Shown here: piece by piece, positions 50,022 to 59,124 of the stretch
Layout of the letters: each line of letters opens with the position of its first letter
How positions within the stretch are numbered: position 1 is the first letter of the stretch
Source: Prevotellamassilia sp.
GTDB lineage: Bacteria > Bacteroidota > Bacteroidia > Bacteroidales > Bacteroidaceae
Assembly (NCBI GenBank): GCA_009775705.1
Contig: VSQE01000004.1
Span: 3,838 to 67,837, forward strand
Direction: 5' to 3'
DNA: 64,000 nucleotides
Notes under the pieces: generated by a model
Database searches by the model: none
What the model saw: only the letters and a program-made list of their open reading frames with translations
Told to the model about the DNA's origin: nothing
Made by a program: the position numbers and the translations under genes

Positions 50022-50753
50022 ATGCCCAGACAAGCCATCCATTCCTATCTGAACCGGCACGGCTTCGAGACCCTTCAACCGAAAGCCGTGCTTTTTGACA
50101 TGGACGGAGTCCTGTTCGACTCCATGCCCGCCCATGCCCGTTCGTGGGCCAGCGTATGCACCAGGTTCGGCCTGCATATCTCGGCCGAAGAAGCCTACAT
50201 GAACGAGGGCCGCACAGCGGCCTCCACCATCAACCTGCTCACGGAACGGCAATGGGGCAGAAAAGCAACGTCACAGGAAATAGAACAGATCTACGCAGAA
50301 AAATGCAAGGCCTTCAACACCTGCCCCGAAGCTCCCAAAATGCCCGGAGCCGAAGAACTGCTGACCAAAGTAAAGGCTTCGGGGCTACAGATTCTGGTGG
50401 TGACGGGAAGCGGACAGCTTTCTCTGCTGGAACGGTTGGAAAGCCATTACCCGGAATTTTTCTCGGCCGACCGCATCGTCTCAAGCAAAGACGTACACCA
50501 CGGGAAGCCTCATCCGGAACCCTATCTGAAAGGACTCGAAAAAGCCGGCGTAAGGCCGTGGGAGGCCTTTGTCGTGGAAAACGCTCCGTTAGGCGTAAGG
50601 GCAGGAGTGGCGGCAGGCATCTTCACCATTGCCGTCAACACAGGCCCGCTGCCGGACAAAGCCCTGGCAGACGAAGGCGCCGACCTGATATACCCATCCA
50701 TGCGGAGCCTGGCCGAAAACTGGGAAACACTCCTCGCAGCGTGCCGCTCCTGA
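50022..50753 (+). CDS. HAD-IA family hydrolase (beta-phosphoglucomutase-like)
   Basis: Motif I LFDMDGVL; GKPHPEPY; VENAPLGVRAG. Confidence 0.75.
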   Translation: MPRQAIHSYLNRHGFETLQPKAVLFDMDGVLFDSMPAHARSWASVCTRFGLHISAEEAYMNEGRTAASTINLLTERQWGRKATSQEIEQIYAEKCKAFNTCPEAPKMPGAEELLTKVKASGLQILVVTGSGQLSLLERLESHYPEFFSADRIVSSKDVHHGKPHPEPYLKGLEKAGVRPWEAFVVENAPLGVRAGVAAGIFTIAVNTGPLPDKALADEGADLIYPSMRSLAENWETLLAACRS

Positions 50754-50786
50754 CCAACAGATGAACAGAAAAAAAGAAGGCTTCGC

Positions 50787-50817
50787 TTTGTACTTTGTCT
50801 GCGTTATGCTACCTTTG
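50787..50817 (+). promoter_or_regulatory. promoter of dnaX
   Basis: TTTG (50787-50790), 19 nt spacer, TACCTTTG (50810-50817). Confidence 0.5.
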
Positions 50818-50835
50818 CAGAAACACCCGTAATTC

Positions 50836-52614
50836 ATGGACAATTATATAGTATCGGCCCGAAAATACCGTCCGGCGACATTCGACCATGTCATAGGTCA
50901 GAAAGCACTGACCACCACACTGAAAAACGCCATCGCGACGGGCAAACTGGCACATGCTTACCTGTTCTGCGGACCGAGAGGCGTGGGAAAAACCACCTGC
51001 GCCCGTATTTTCGCAAAAACCATCAACTGTCTCGCTCCGACCGACAAAGGCGAAGCATGCAACCAGTGTGAAAGTTGCCGTGCCTTCAACGAAAACCGAA
51101 GCTACAACATTCACGAACTTGACGCGGCATCCAACAACTCGGTTGAAGACATCCGTTCGCTCATAGAGCAGGTGCGCATCCCGCCTCAGGTAGGGAAATA
51201 CAAGGTCTTCATTATCGACGAGGTACACATGCTGTCGGCCGCGGCCTTCAATGCTTTCCTGAAAACTCTGGAGGAGCCGCCCGCACACGCCATCTTCATC
51301 CTGGCAACCACCGAAAAGCACAAGATTCTGCCGACGATCCTGAGCCGCTGCCAGATCTACGACTTCAACCGTATGGAAGCGGGAGCCATCGTGGAGCATC
51401 TGAAGCACGTGGCCGACAACGAAGGATACACCTACGAGGAAGAAGCCCTCGGTGTGATTGCCCACAAAGCCGACGGAGGCATGCGGGATGCCCTTTCCAT
51501 CTTCGATCAGGTGGCCAGCTTTACCGGAGGCAATATCTCCTACAAAAAAGTGATTGAAGACCTCAACGTCTTGGATTACGACTACTATTTTTCACTGACC
51601 GACAGCCTGCTCAAAACCGACATTCCCGCCGCCCTGCTGACACTGAACGAGATACTTTCAAAAGGATTCGAGGCCAACCACTTCATCGGCGGACTGGCCT
51701 CTCACTTCCGCGACCTGCTGGTGAGCCGCGATGCGGTCACACTTCCCTTGCTGGAAGTGGCCGACTCCATCCGGCAACGTTACAGCAAACAGGCGGGAAG
51801 ATGCAAATTGCCTTTCCTCTACAAGGCCTTGAAACTCTGCAACAACTGTGACCTCAATTACAGAACCAGCCGCAACAAACGCCTGCTGGTAGAGATCACG
51901 CTCATCGAAGTGGCCCAAGCGTCGCAAGACGATGGGCCGGGTTCGGGGCCCGGCCCTGCAAAGAAATTATCCCCCCTGTTCAATCATGCGGAGAAAAAAG
52001 AATCCTCCGCACCGGCGGAAAACAAGAATTCCTCCCCAGCCGCTGTCAGAGAAACCGTAACCGCAACAACAAGACCGGCCAGACAACAACCGGACAGCGG
52101 CACGGCGCGTCCCGTTTCCTCCGGTCCCGCATACAAGAAACTGCAAACCATTTCCATCCGGAAAAAAGCAGAGACCACTACAGAAGAAGAACATACACAG
52201 CCTCCCGTTTCCGGCGCCTCTCCCGAGAATCCCGTCACGGCAAACAACGAAAAGGCATTTGAAGAAAACGAGCTGCACTACCAATGGTACCGCTTTGCCG
52301 CGGCTCTGCCCAAAGAAAAAAGCGCCATTGCCGGCCGCATGAAAAACATGCGCCCCCACCTACAGGCCGGATGGCACATCGACGTAGCCATCGAGAACGA
52401 CCAGGTAAAGATATACATGGAGGAAATGGCTCCCGAAATACTGGCCTACCTGCGGAAACACCTGGACAACGGGAAAATAACCCTGTCGTTCCACGTAATG
52501 GAAAAACAGGAACAGACCCGCGCCTACAGCCGCAAGGAGCAACTGGCTGCAATGCTCAAGAAAAGTCCGGAACTGGTCCTGCTGAGAAAAGAGCTGGAAC
52601 TGGAACTGACCTGA
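50836..52614 (+). CDS. dnaX: DNA polymerase III subunit gamma/tau
   Basis: Walker A GPRGVGKTT; zinc module CNQCESC; DEVHML; long low-complexity linker. Confidence 0.92.
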   Translation: MDNYIVSARKYRPATFDHVIGQKALTTTLKNAIATGKLAHAYLFCGPRGVGKTTCARIFAKTINCLAPTDKGEACNQCESCRAFNENRSYNIHELDAASNNSVEDIRSLIEQVRIPPQVGKYKVFIIDEVHMLSAAAFNAFLKTLEEPPAHAIFILATTEKHKILPTILSRCQIYDFNRMEAGAIVEHLKHVADNEGYTYEEEALGVIAHKADGGMRDALSIFDQVASFTGGNISYKKVIEDLNVLDYDYYFSLTDSLLKTDIPAALLTLNEILSKGFEANHFIGGLASHFRDLLVSRDAVTLPLLEVADSIRQRYSKQAGRCKLPFLYKALKLCNNCDLNYRTSRNKRLLVEITLIEVAQASQDDGPGSGPGPAKKLSPLFNHAEKKESSAPAENKNSSPAAVRETVTATTRPARQQPDSGTARPVSSGPAYKKLQTISIRKKAETTTEEEHTQPPVSGASPENPVTANNEKAFEENELHYQWYRFAAALPKEKSAIAGRMKNMRPHLQAGWHIDVAIENDQVKIYMEEMAPEILAYLRKHLDNGKITLSFHVMEKQEQTRAYSRKEQLAAMLKKSPELVLLRKELELELT

Positions 52615-52649
52615 TTATTCACCATCTAAAAAACATACAAAACAAAACC

Positions 52650-53249
52650 ATGGAAAAGAACTTGCACAAATACATTTCAGTAGCATACGAACTCTATTCC
52701 GACAACGAAAAAGGCATCCACGAACTGATTGAAAAGGCTCCGGCCGAACATCCCTTCCATTTTATTTCCGGAATGGGAGTGGCGCTTGACTCTTTCGAGG
52801 CAAAAATCAAGGATCTTGCCGCCGGAGACAAATTTGACTTCAACCTGAGCATAGAAGAGGCATACGGTCCCTACATGCAGGAACACGTGATCGAACTGGA
52901 CAAGGAAATGTTCTGCGTAGACGGCCGCTTCGACAAGAGCGTCATCTATCCGGGCAACGTCATCCCTCTCGTCAATGCCGACGGAAACCGTTTCCAGGGC
53001 ATCATACTCGAAGTGAAGGAAGACAAAGTCATCGTAGACCTCAACCACCCTCTCTCGGGCAAAGCCCTCCATTTTACAGGCGAAGTGATTGTCTCGCGTG
53101 ATGCCACAAACGAAGAGATCCAAGGCCTAATCAACATGATGAGCGGCGAAGGATGCGGTTGCGGATGCGGATGTGACGACTGCGGCAGCGGATGCGAAGG
53201 CCACCACGAACATGAGGGCGGATGTTGCGGCGGCGGACACTGCCACTGA
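52650..53249 (+). CDS. slyD: FKBP-type peptidyl-prolyl isomerase SlyD with Cys/His-rich metal-binding tail
   Basis: Start at ATG 52650 ([16 protein letters not shown]); tail [32 protein letters not shown]. Confidence 0.82.
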   Translation: MEKNLHKYISVAYELYSDNEKGIHELIEKAPAEHPFHFISGMGVALDSFEAKIKDLAAGDKFDFNLSIEEAYGPYMQEHVIELDKEMFCVDGRFDKSVIYPGNVIPLVNADGNRFQGIILEVKEDKVIVDLNHPLSGKALHFTGEVIVSRDATNEEIQGLINMMSGEGCGCGCGCDDCGSGCEGHHEHEGGCCGGGHCH

Positions 53250-53284
53250 TAAACCCGTCCGGAAAAAGAATACAGCAACAACTA

Positions 53285-53335
53285 CCGGAACGGCACCCGT
53301 CCGAAACGGACTCTCGTGCCGTCTCCGGATTTTTT
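53285..53335 (+). terminator. intrinsic terminator after slyD
   Basis: CCGGAACGGCAC ... GTGCCGTCTCCGG followed by ATTTTTT. Confidence 0.65.
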
Positions 53336-53344
53336 ATATATACA

Positions 53345-54421
53345 ATGAATACATTCGGAAACATTTTCCGTCTCACCACTTTCGGTGAAAGCCACGGAAA
53401 CGGAATAGGAGGAGTCATAGACGGATTTCCCGCCGGTGTGGAAATTGACGAGACATTCATCCAGAAAGAACTGCTCCGCCGCAAACCGGGGCAAAGCGCA
53501 CTGACCACCTCCCGCAACGAAAGCGACCGCGTCGAGATCCTGTCGGGCCTGTTCGAGGGCCGCTCCACGGGAACGCCTATCGGATTTCTGGTGCGCAACG
53601 AGAACCAGCATTCGGCCGACTATAACAACCTGCGCGACATCTACCGGCCCAGCCATGCCGACTACACCTACCAGAGCAAATACGGCATCCGTGACCACCG
53701 GGGTGGCGGCCGTTCCTCAGCCCGCGAGACCATTGCCCGCTGCGTGGGAGGCGCTTTTGCCAAAATAGCCTTGCGGCAACTGGGCATAAGTGTCACGGCC
53801 TACACCTCCCAGGTAGGGAACATTGCCCTTGAACGGGATTACCGTGCCTACGACCTCTCCCTCATCGAGAGCAATGCCGTGCGGTGCCCCGATCCGGAAA
53901 AGGCGGCGGAGATGGCCGAACTCATCATGCGGATCAAGGAAAAAGGCGACACTGTCGGCGGGATCATCACCGGAGTGATACAAGGGTGCCCCGTCGGACT
54001 GGGAGAACCCGTATTCGGGAAACTACACGCCGCACTGGGGGCGGCCATGCTGGGCATCAACGCCGTAAAAGGATTTGAATACGGCGAAGGATTTGCGGGA
54101 GCCGCGGCAACGGGAAGCGAACTGAACGACCGCTTCATCCCTTCTGCCGACGGAACCTTCCGCACCGCCTCCAACCACAGCGGCGGCATACAAGGAGGCA
54201 TCTCCAACGGCGAAGACATCTACTTCCGGGTAGCCTTCAAACCGGTAGCCACACTCTTACAGGAGCAGCAGACCGTGAACCGCCAGGGACAGCCCGCCCG
54301 GATAGAAGTGCGCGGACGCCACGATCCCTGTGTCCTGCCCCGTGCCGTTCCCATTGTCGAAGCCATGGCAGCCATGACCATACTGGACTATCATCTGCTC
54401 AATAAAACCGTCAATTGTTAA
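53345..54421 (+). CDS. aroC: chorismate synthase
   Basis: Start at ATG 53345 ([27 protein letters not shown]). Confidence 0.93.
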   Translation: MNTFGNIFRLTTFGESHGNGIGGVIDGFPAGVEIDETFIQKELLRRKPGQSALTTSRNESDRVEILSGLFEGRSTGTPIGFLVRNENQHSADYNNLRDIYRPSHADYTYQSKYGIRDHRGGGRSSARETIARCVGGAFAKIALRQLGISVTAYTSQVGNIALERDYRAYDLSLIESNAVRCPDPEKAAEMAELIMRIKEKGDTVGGIITGVIQGCPVGLGEPVFGKLHAALGAAMLGINAVKGFEYGEGFAGAAATGSELNDRFIPSADGTFRTASNHSGGIQGGISNGEDIYFRVAFKPVATLLQEQQTVNRQGQPARIEVRGRHDPCVLPRAVPIVEAMAAMTILDYHLLNKTVNC

Positions 54422-54493
54422 AAAAGAACCCCTGTATAAACTTTTTTTGTTTTTTTCTTGCATTTACAAACTCTAATCTCTATATTTGCGACA

Positions 54494-54602
54494 GTTAGTT
54501 GTCGTGATGATAACACTTTTATAAATAGTTTAGTTAAGTCTAGTTTAGTTTTTGTGTTGGTTAATGGAGACCCGAAGTGACGGTGCCTCCATTAATTTTT
54601 TT
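54494..54602 (+). ncRNA. candidate ~110-nt sRNA (alternatively the aroC 3'UTR plus terminator)
   Basis: TATATTTG -7 box at 54481-54488. Terminator TTAATGGAG-17 nt-CTCCATTAA plus T7 at 54561-54602. Internal direct repeat TAGTTTAGTT x2. Confidence 0.3.
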
Positions 54603-54788
54603 ACAATTGGCCCGATCCTCTTAGCACTCATCAAAGAAACAACGAAAACGATGGAAAGCAATTTTTCAAGGCCTTTCCTTCCGCCCGTCCCGCTTTTTTA
54701 GTAATATTGCATCCGCCTTCGTTCTTTTTCGGAAACCGGAGAAGAAAGGGCAAACCGCAAGACACATCAGCACAAAGAAAAAGAAAAT

Positions 54789-55043
54789 ATGGATTTTAAG
54801 AACGGACATTCTTCGGAAGAAATAAAGGCCCTGAGAGCCTGGTTTGAAACACACAAGACAGAAATACCTGCCTCCCTGCAATTAGACGAGGCAACTTTTA
54901 TTCCGGACCTGCTCACCACCTTCGACAATTTCCTCGCCGTGGCCGAACTGCACGGAAACAATCCCACCTACAGGGGACAGATTCATCTTCTGTTCAAGAT
55001 GAAGAAACGCATGGATGAACTGACAGCCTCCGCATCATCATGA
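54789..55043 (+). CDS. small hypothetical protein (84 aa)
   Basis: ATG-initiated ORF with plausible composition; no motif recognised. Confidence 0.45.
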   Translation: MDFKNGHSSEEIKALRAWFETHKTEIPASLQLDEATFIPDLLTTFDNFLAVAELHGNNPTYRGQIHLLFKMKKRMDELTASASS

Positions 55044-55246
55044 CGGTGCCGCCGGCGCCCCCTGTTACCGACTGACCCGAAAAAATATTTTCGCATACAT
55101 ACTTTAACGTGTATCTAAAAAGTTTAACTCAGATGTTTTAGGCAGACCGGGCCGGAACGGACCTATTTTTCACAACATAGTATCTTTTTTAAACAAGATA
55201 GGACCTTTTTTAAAAAAGATACTATGTTTTTTTCACGTTAAGCGAT

Positions 55247-55293
55247 GAAAAAAGCCGCCTAATGGGCGGCTTTTCAGGATACTTCTACTTTGC
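55247..55293 (-). ncRNA. candidate ~45-nt sRNA (module copy B)
   Basis: AGCAAAGTAGAAGTATCCTG followed by hairpin AAAAGCCGCC-CATTA-GGCGGCTTTTTT. Confidence 0.3.
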
Positions 55294-55298
55294 TGGTG

Positions 55299-55330
55299 CA
55301 AATATAATACATCCGAGGGCGAAATCCAAA
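55299..55330 (-). promoter_or_regulatory. canonical Bacteroidetes promoter inside module copy B
   Basis: Minus strand TTTG (55330-55327), 20 nt spacer, TATATTTG (55306-55299). Confidence 0.55.
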
Positions 55331-55462
55331 TGTTAATTAACCTCCATTCACATTCAGGACCAAACACACGTGTCACTTATCGGCGCTAAAGATGAAACGC
55401 CGCCACGAGATGCCTTTTCTCATTTTCGGATATGGGCTACGGGATATGTCCGCAGTTTTTTG

Positions 55463-55470
55463 TAACTTTG
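55463..55470 (+). promoter_or_regulatory. candidate -7 box for the sigma-54 activator gene
   Basis: TAACTTTG, 28 nt upstream of the ATG at 55499. Confidence 0.4.
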
Positions 55471-55498
55471 CCTCATCTTTTTTTCTTTCCGAAACAAG

Positions 55499-56743
55499 AT
55501 GAACGAGACGCAACTTCAACGCATAAAGCAAAGATACAACGTCGTGGGAAACTGCGACGGCTTGAACCGCGCCCTTGAAATAGCCCTGAAAATAGCTCCC
55601 GTGGACCTTTCGGTCCTCATCATGGGAGAAAACGGTGTGGGCAAGGAAGTCTTTCCCCGCATCATCCACGAGAACAGCTTGCGGAAAAACAAGAAATATT
55701 TTGCCGTGAACTGCGGCGCCATCCCCGAAGGCACCATCGACTCCGAGCTTTTCGGACACGAGAAAGGAGCCTTCACCGGAGCCGTGGAACGCCGCGAGGG
55801 GTATTTCTCAGTAGCGAACGGCGGGACGCTCTTTCTGGACGAAGTGGGCGAACTGCCGGTCCAGACACAAGCCCGCCTGCTGCGTGTGCTGGAAACGGGC
55901 GAATACATCCCCGTGGGGTCCAGCGAAGTGAAAAAGACCGATGTGCGCATCGTGGCCGCCACGAATGTGAACATGGAGAAAGCCATTGCCGAAGGAAAAT
56001 TCCGCGAGGACCTCTTCTACCGGCTCAACTCCGTCTCCATCTCCATCCCCGCCCTGCGCGAACGCGGGGCCGATGCGGTGCTGCTCTTCCGTAAATTCGC
56101 GCTCGAAATGAGCGAGAAATACCAAATGCCGCCCGTCCGTCTGGACGATGCCGCCCGTCAGGTCATCGCGTCCTACCCGTGGCCCGGAAACGTGAGGCAG
56201 TTGAAAAACATTGCCGAGAACATTTCCGTCACATCGGAAGTAAGGGAAATCTCGCCCGAGATTCTGAAAATGTATCTGCCGGAAATACACCGCCACGACC
56301 AGTTGGTGACCGTAGACAAACCGCAGCGGGAACACAGTTTCGAGAACGAGCGGGAAATACTCTACCAGATTCTGTTCGACCTGAGACGGGACGTCACAGA
56401 GTTGAAAAAACTGGTCAACTCCGGCAACACCCCCGCAACGGCACCAGTGCCGGAAGTGCAGACGGGAAAAGGCAACGTCACCCTGATGCAACCGTCGGCG
56501 ACCTACCGGCGGAAAGCCGAACGGAAAGAGGAGGAATCGCCCATCCTGGAAGCCGAGGAAATCAAAGAGAACGACACGGCGCCCCATGCCGATGCCCACA
56601 CAAAAACGCTGGCCGAATCGGAAAGGGACATGATTGAGAACTCGCTGGCGGTAAACAACCTGCACCGTAAGAAAGCGGCACAGCAGTTGGGAATTTCCGA
56701 ACGCACACTTTACCGAAAAATCAAGGAATATGGCCTGGAATAA
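55499..56743 (+). CDS. sigma-54-dependent transcriptional activator (bEBP) lacking an N-terminal sensory/receiver domain
   Basis: The AAA+ core starts near residue 10. Walker A GENGVGKE, GAFTGA, Walker B LFLDEVGEL, C-terminal Fis-type HTH AAQQLGISERTLYRKI. Confidence 0.88.
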   Translation: MNETQLQRIKQRYNVVGNCDGLNRALEIALKIAPVDLSVLIMGENGVGKEVFPRIIHENSLRKNKKYFAVNCGAIPEGTIDSELFGHEKGAFTGAVERREGYFSVANGGTLFLDEVGELPVQTQARLLRVLETGEYIPVGSSEVKKTDVRIVAATNVNMEKAIAEGKFREDLFYRLNSVSISIPALRERGADAVLLFRKFALEMSEKYQMPPVRLDDAARQVIASYPWPGNVRQLKNIAENISVTSEVREISPEILKMYLPEIHRHDQLVTVDKPQREHSFENEREILYQILFDLRRDVTELKKLVNSGNTPATAPVPEVQTGKGNVTLMQPSATYRRKAERKEEESPILEAEEIKENDTAPHADAHTKTLAESERDMIENSLAVNNLHRKKAAQQLGISERTLYRKIKEYGLE

Positions 56744-57248
56744 GTTTCGTCCCGGTCTGACGGCGGGATGCGCCGTCCTGCTGCTTGTCCTGACAGCCTG
56801 TGTCAGCTACAAGTTTACGGGCACCTCCATCAACTATGAGGTTGTCAAGACCATCCAGATTGACAACATCGCCAACCGCGCGCCCTACGGCTGGGCGCCG
56901 ATGGAAGCCATGTTCAACAACAAGTTGCAGGACATGTATGCCAACCAGACACGCCTGCAACTGGTGAAACGGAAGGGAGACATGCAGATATCCGGCGAGA
57001 TCATCGCCTACGACCAATACAACAAAGCCATCTCGGCCGACGGAATGTCCTCACAGGTACAGCTGAAACTGACCGTAAACATCCGGTTCAACAGTCCGAA
57101 AACCAACCAGAGTTGGGAACGCCAGTTCTCGGCCACCTCACAGTATAATTCCACCCAGCAACTTTCGGCCGTGCAGGAAAAACTGGTTTCGGAGATGATC
57201 ACTGACATCACCGAGCAGATATTCAACGCCACCGTGGCAGACTGGTGA
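56730..57248 (+). CDS. lptE: LPS-assembly lipoprotein LptE-like
   Basis: Lipobox LVLTAC; 172 aa; overlaps the bEBP stop by 14 nt. Confidence 0.6.
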   Translation: MAWNKFRPGLTAGCAVLLLVLTACVSYKFTGTSINYEVVKTIQIDNIANRAPYGWAPMEAMFNNKLQDMYANQTRLQLVKRKGDMQISGEIIAYDQYNKAISADGMSSQVQLKLTVNIRFNSPKTNQSWERQFSATSQYNSTQQLSAVQEKLVSEMITDITEQIFNATVADW

Positions 57249-57271
57249 CAGAAAGAGAGAGAGCAGAAACC

Positions 57272-58030
57272 ATGAACGGCATGAACATAAACATCCCCCA
57301 ACTGGCAGAACACCCTGAAAAACTGGACAAGGACACGCTTTACGCCCTGCGCGGAGCGGTGGCCCAATACCCCTATTTCCAAGCCGCCCGCCTGCTGTTC
57401 CTGCAAAATCTGTTTCTCCTGCACGACCCTTCGTTCGGCGAGGAGCTACGCCGTGCTGCCCTGTATCTGCCCGACCGGAAAGCATTATTCAAAATGGTTG
57501 AGGGCAATAACTACAAAATCCAGCCCCGACCGCAGACGTCCCCGACCGACAACGGCCGGGCACAGACCGGCGACCGGACACAATCGCTCATAGACGACTT
57601 CCTGAAAGACTGTACACCACAGGAGGACATGCCCCGCCGGAAACTGACCATCGCCGATGCGACAAGAGACTATGCGGCCTTTCTCATGCAGATGGACGAT
57701 GCCGCCGCGGCCGACGAGACCGAAACGGACGAGACCTCCCACCGACGGCAATCGCTCATAGACGACTTCATCGAAAAGACCCCCGAGCGCATCGTCCTGC
57801 AAGAAAAACCGGAATACGTGCCCGAAATAGCCGAAACACCTGAAGAGAATAACGAAGAGGACTATTTCACCGAAACTCTGGCAAAAATATACATCAAACA
57901 GGGCCGGTATGAGAAGGCCATTGAAATAATCCGTAAATTAAACTTGAATTATCCAAAAAAAAATAGTTACTTTGCAGATCAAATTAGATTCCTGCAAAAA
58001 CTGATAATCAATAATAAAAATAAACAATAG
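57272..58030 (+). CDS. conserved hypothetical protein with C-terminal TPR-like helix pair
   Basis: Start uncertain (GTG at 57245 or ATG at 57272); internal duplicated QSLIDDF segment; C-terminal LAKIYIKQGRYEKAIEIIRKL. Confidence 0.5.
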   Translation: MNGMNINIPQLAEHPEKLDKDTLYALRGAVAQYPYFQAARLLFLQNLFLLHDPSFGEELRRAALYLPDRKALFKMVEGNNYKIQPRPQTSPTDNGRAQTGDRTQSLIDDFLKDCTPQEDMPRRKLTIADATRDYAAFLMQMDDAAAADETETDETSHRRQSLIDDFIEKTPERIVLQEKPEYVPEIAETPEENNEEDYFTETLAKIYIKQGRYEKAIEIIRKLNLNYPKKNSYFADQIRFLQKLIINNKNKQ

Positions 58031-58034
58031 AGAA

Positions 58035-58367
58035 ATGTATTCAGTATTAGTGATTCTGGCTGTAATTATTGCCGTAATGTTGACGTTCATTGTGCTCATC
58101 CAGGAGTCCAAAGGCGGTGGTCTGGCATCGAGCTTCGCCTCGTCCAATCAGATCATGGGTGTGCGCAAGACAACGGATGTAGTTGAAAAAGCAACCTGGA
58201 CCCTCGCCGGTCTGCTGGTGGTATTGAGCATCGCCACTACCTACGTAACTCCGCAACTGAAAGATTCCGCCACCATCGTCACCAACATGACGACTGCTCC
58301 CGTCAGTCTGCCGGGACAAGGACAGAATCCGGCTCCGGCCGCACCTGCTGCACCGGCCCAGAAATAA
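58035..58367 (+). CDS. secG: preprotein translocase subunit SecG
   Basis: MYSVLVILAVIIAVMLTFIVLIQESKGGGLASSF. Confidence 0.88.
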   Translation: MYSVLVILAVIIAVMLTFIVLIQESKGGGLASSFASSNQIMGVRKTTDVVEKATWTLAGLLVVLSIATTYVTPQLKDSATIVTNMTTAPVSLPGQGQNPAPAAPAAPAQK

Positions 58368-58385
58368 ATCCGGACTCTCCACAGG

Positions 58386-58450
58386 ACCCTAAAAAGTATG
58401 CCGGACATCACAAGGAAGAATTTGTGATGTCCGGCATACTTTTTAGGGGT
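58386..58450. terminator. very long hairpin, putative bidirectional terminator
   Basis: ~28-bp arms ACCCTAAAAAGTATGCCGGACATCACAA / TTGTGATGTCCGGCATACTTTTTAGGG(G)T, matching except for one extra G in the right arm, with 8-nt loop. Lies between convergent secG and the 58490-58939 gene. Confidence 0.7.
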
Positions 58451-58489
58451 CATATTCCCAAGGGCAAAGACGGAATTGCCCGCTGCTTC

Positions 58490-58939
58490 TTATTTTGCAG
58501 AAAGCTCCTCCCAGAACTTTTCAAGATCCTCTTCCAGTCCCAGCATCAGTTCCCCGTCTATGACAATCACGTCATCGTCCACCAGGAACAAATCCGCCAC
58601 AATGTTTTTCTCCTCATTCATCAGGACATACGAATAAGGACGAAGCACGTGCAGTCCGCTCATCAGGTCCCGCAATCTTTCGAGACATCCGCGCAATACC
58701 GGCTGCACCTCCTCATAGAAATTCTCAGACGTATTGCCTATCCATTCCTCCACCACGCATCGCGTCAGTTCCTCCTCATCGTCATTGAAAACGAGCAGTT
58801 CGCCGCTCTCCTGCTTCACCTGCAAATAGAAATCGGTCAGAGGCGGATTCTCCGTCTCCATCTGGAATTTAGAGGCCACCTTGCGCAAGGCACGCTCTAT
58901 CTGCTGACAAGTCTGTTCGTTCGCATTCATGGCATACAT
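58490..58939 (-). CDS. acidic hypothetical protein
   Basis: Start probably MYAMNANEQ (58939, or 58930); no motif recognised. Confidence 0.45.
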   Translation of the reverse strand: MYAMNANEQTCQQIERALRKVASKFQMETENPPLTDFYLQVKQESGELLVFNDDEEELTRCVVEEWIGNTSENFYEEVQPVLRGCLERLRDLMSGLHVLRPYSYVLMNEEKNIVADLFLVDDDVIVIDGELMLGLEEDLEKFWEELSAK

Positions 58940-59124
58940 CGTTTTAGTTACATACAAAAGTACGATTTTTTTGGTGCCACCACCCTCTTTCCTCAAACTT
59001 TTTAAATAAAAGTATAAAAACCGGGCACTTCCGACATCCGTCATAACACATTTTTGTACCTTTGCAACCGTTAAGAAACCGGAAATATTTTTCTGACTAT
59101 ATCCTATTATCTAAAATCCCGTTT

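Larger units (their letters stand above)
55092..55366. repeat. ~260-bp intergenic module, copy B
   Basis: Collinear with 25621-25878. Confidence 0.85.

Noticed and set aside
54564-54707. 47-codon ORF METRSDGASINFFTIGPILLALIKETTKT... starting inside the terminator hairpin after aroC
   Set aside because: Its start codon is buried in the hairpin stem, no promoter or ribosome-binding context supports it, and it is below a length where composition is informative. It is kept only as a remote small-protein possibility.
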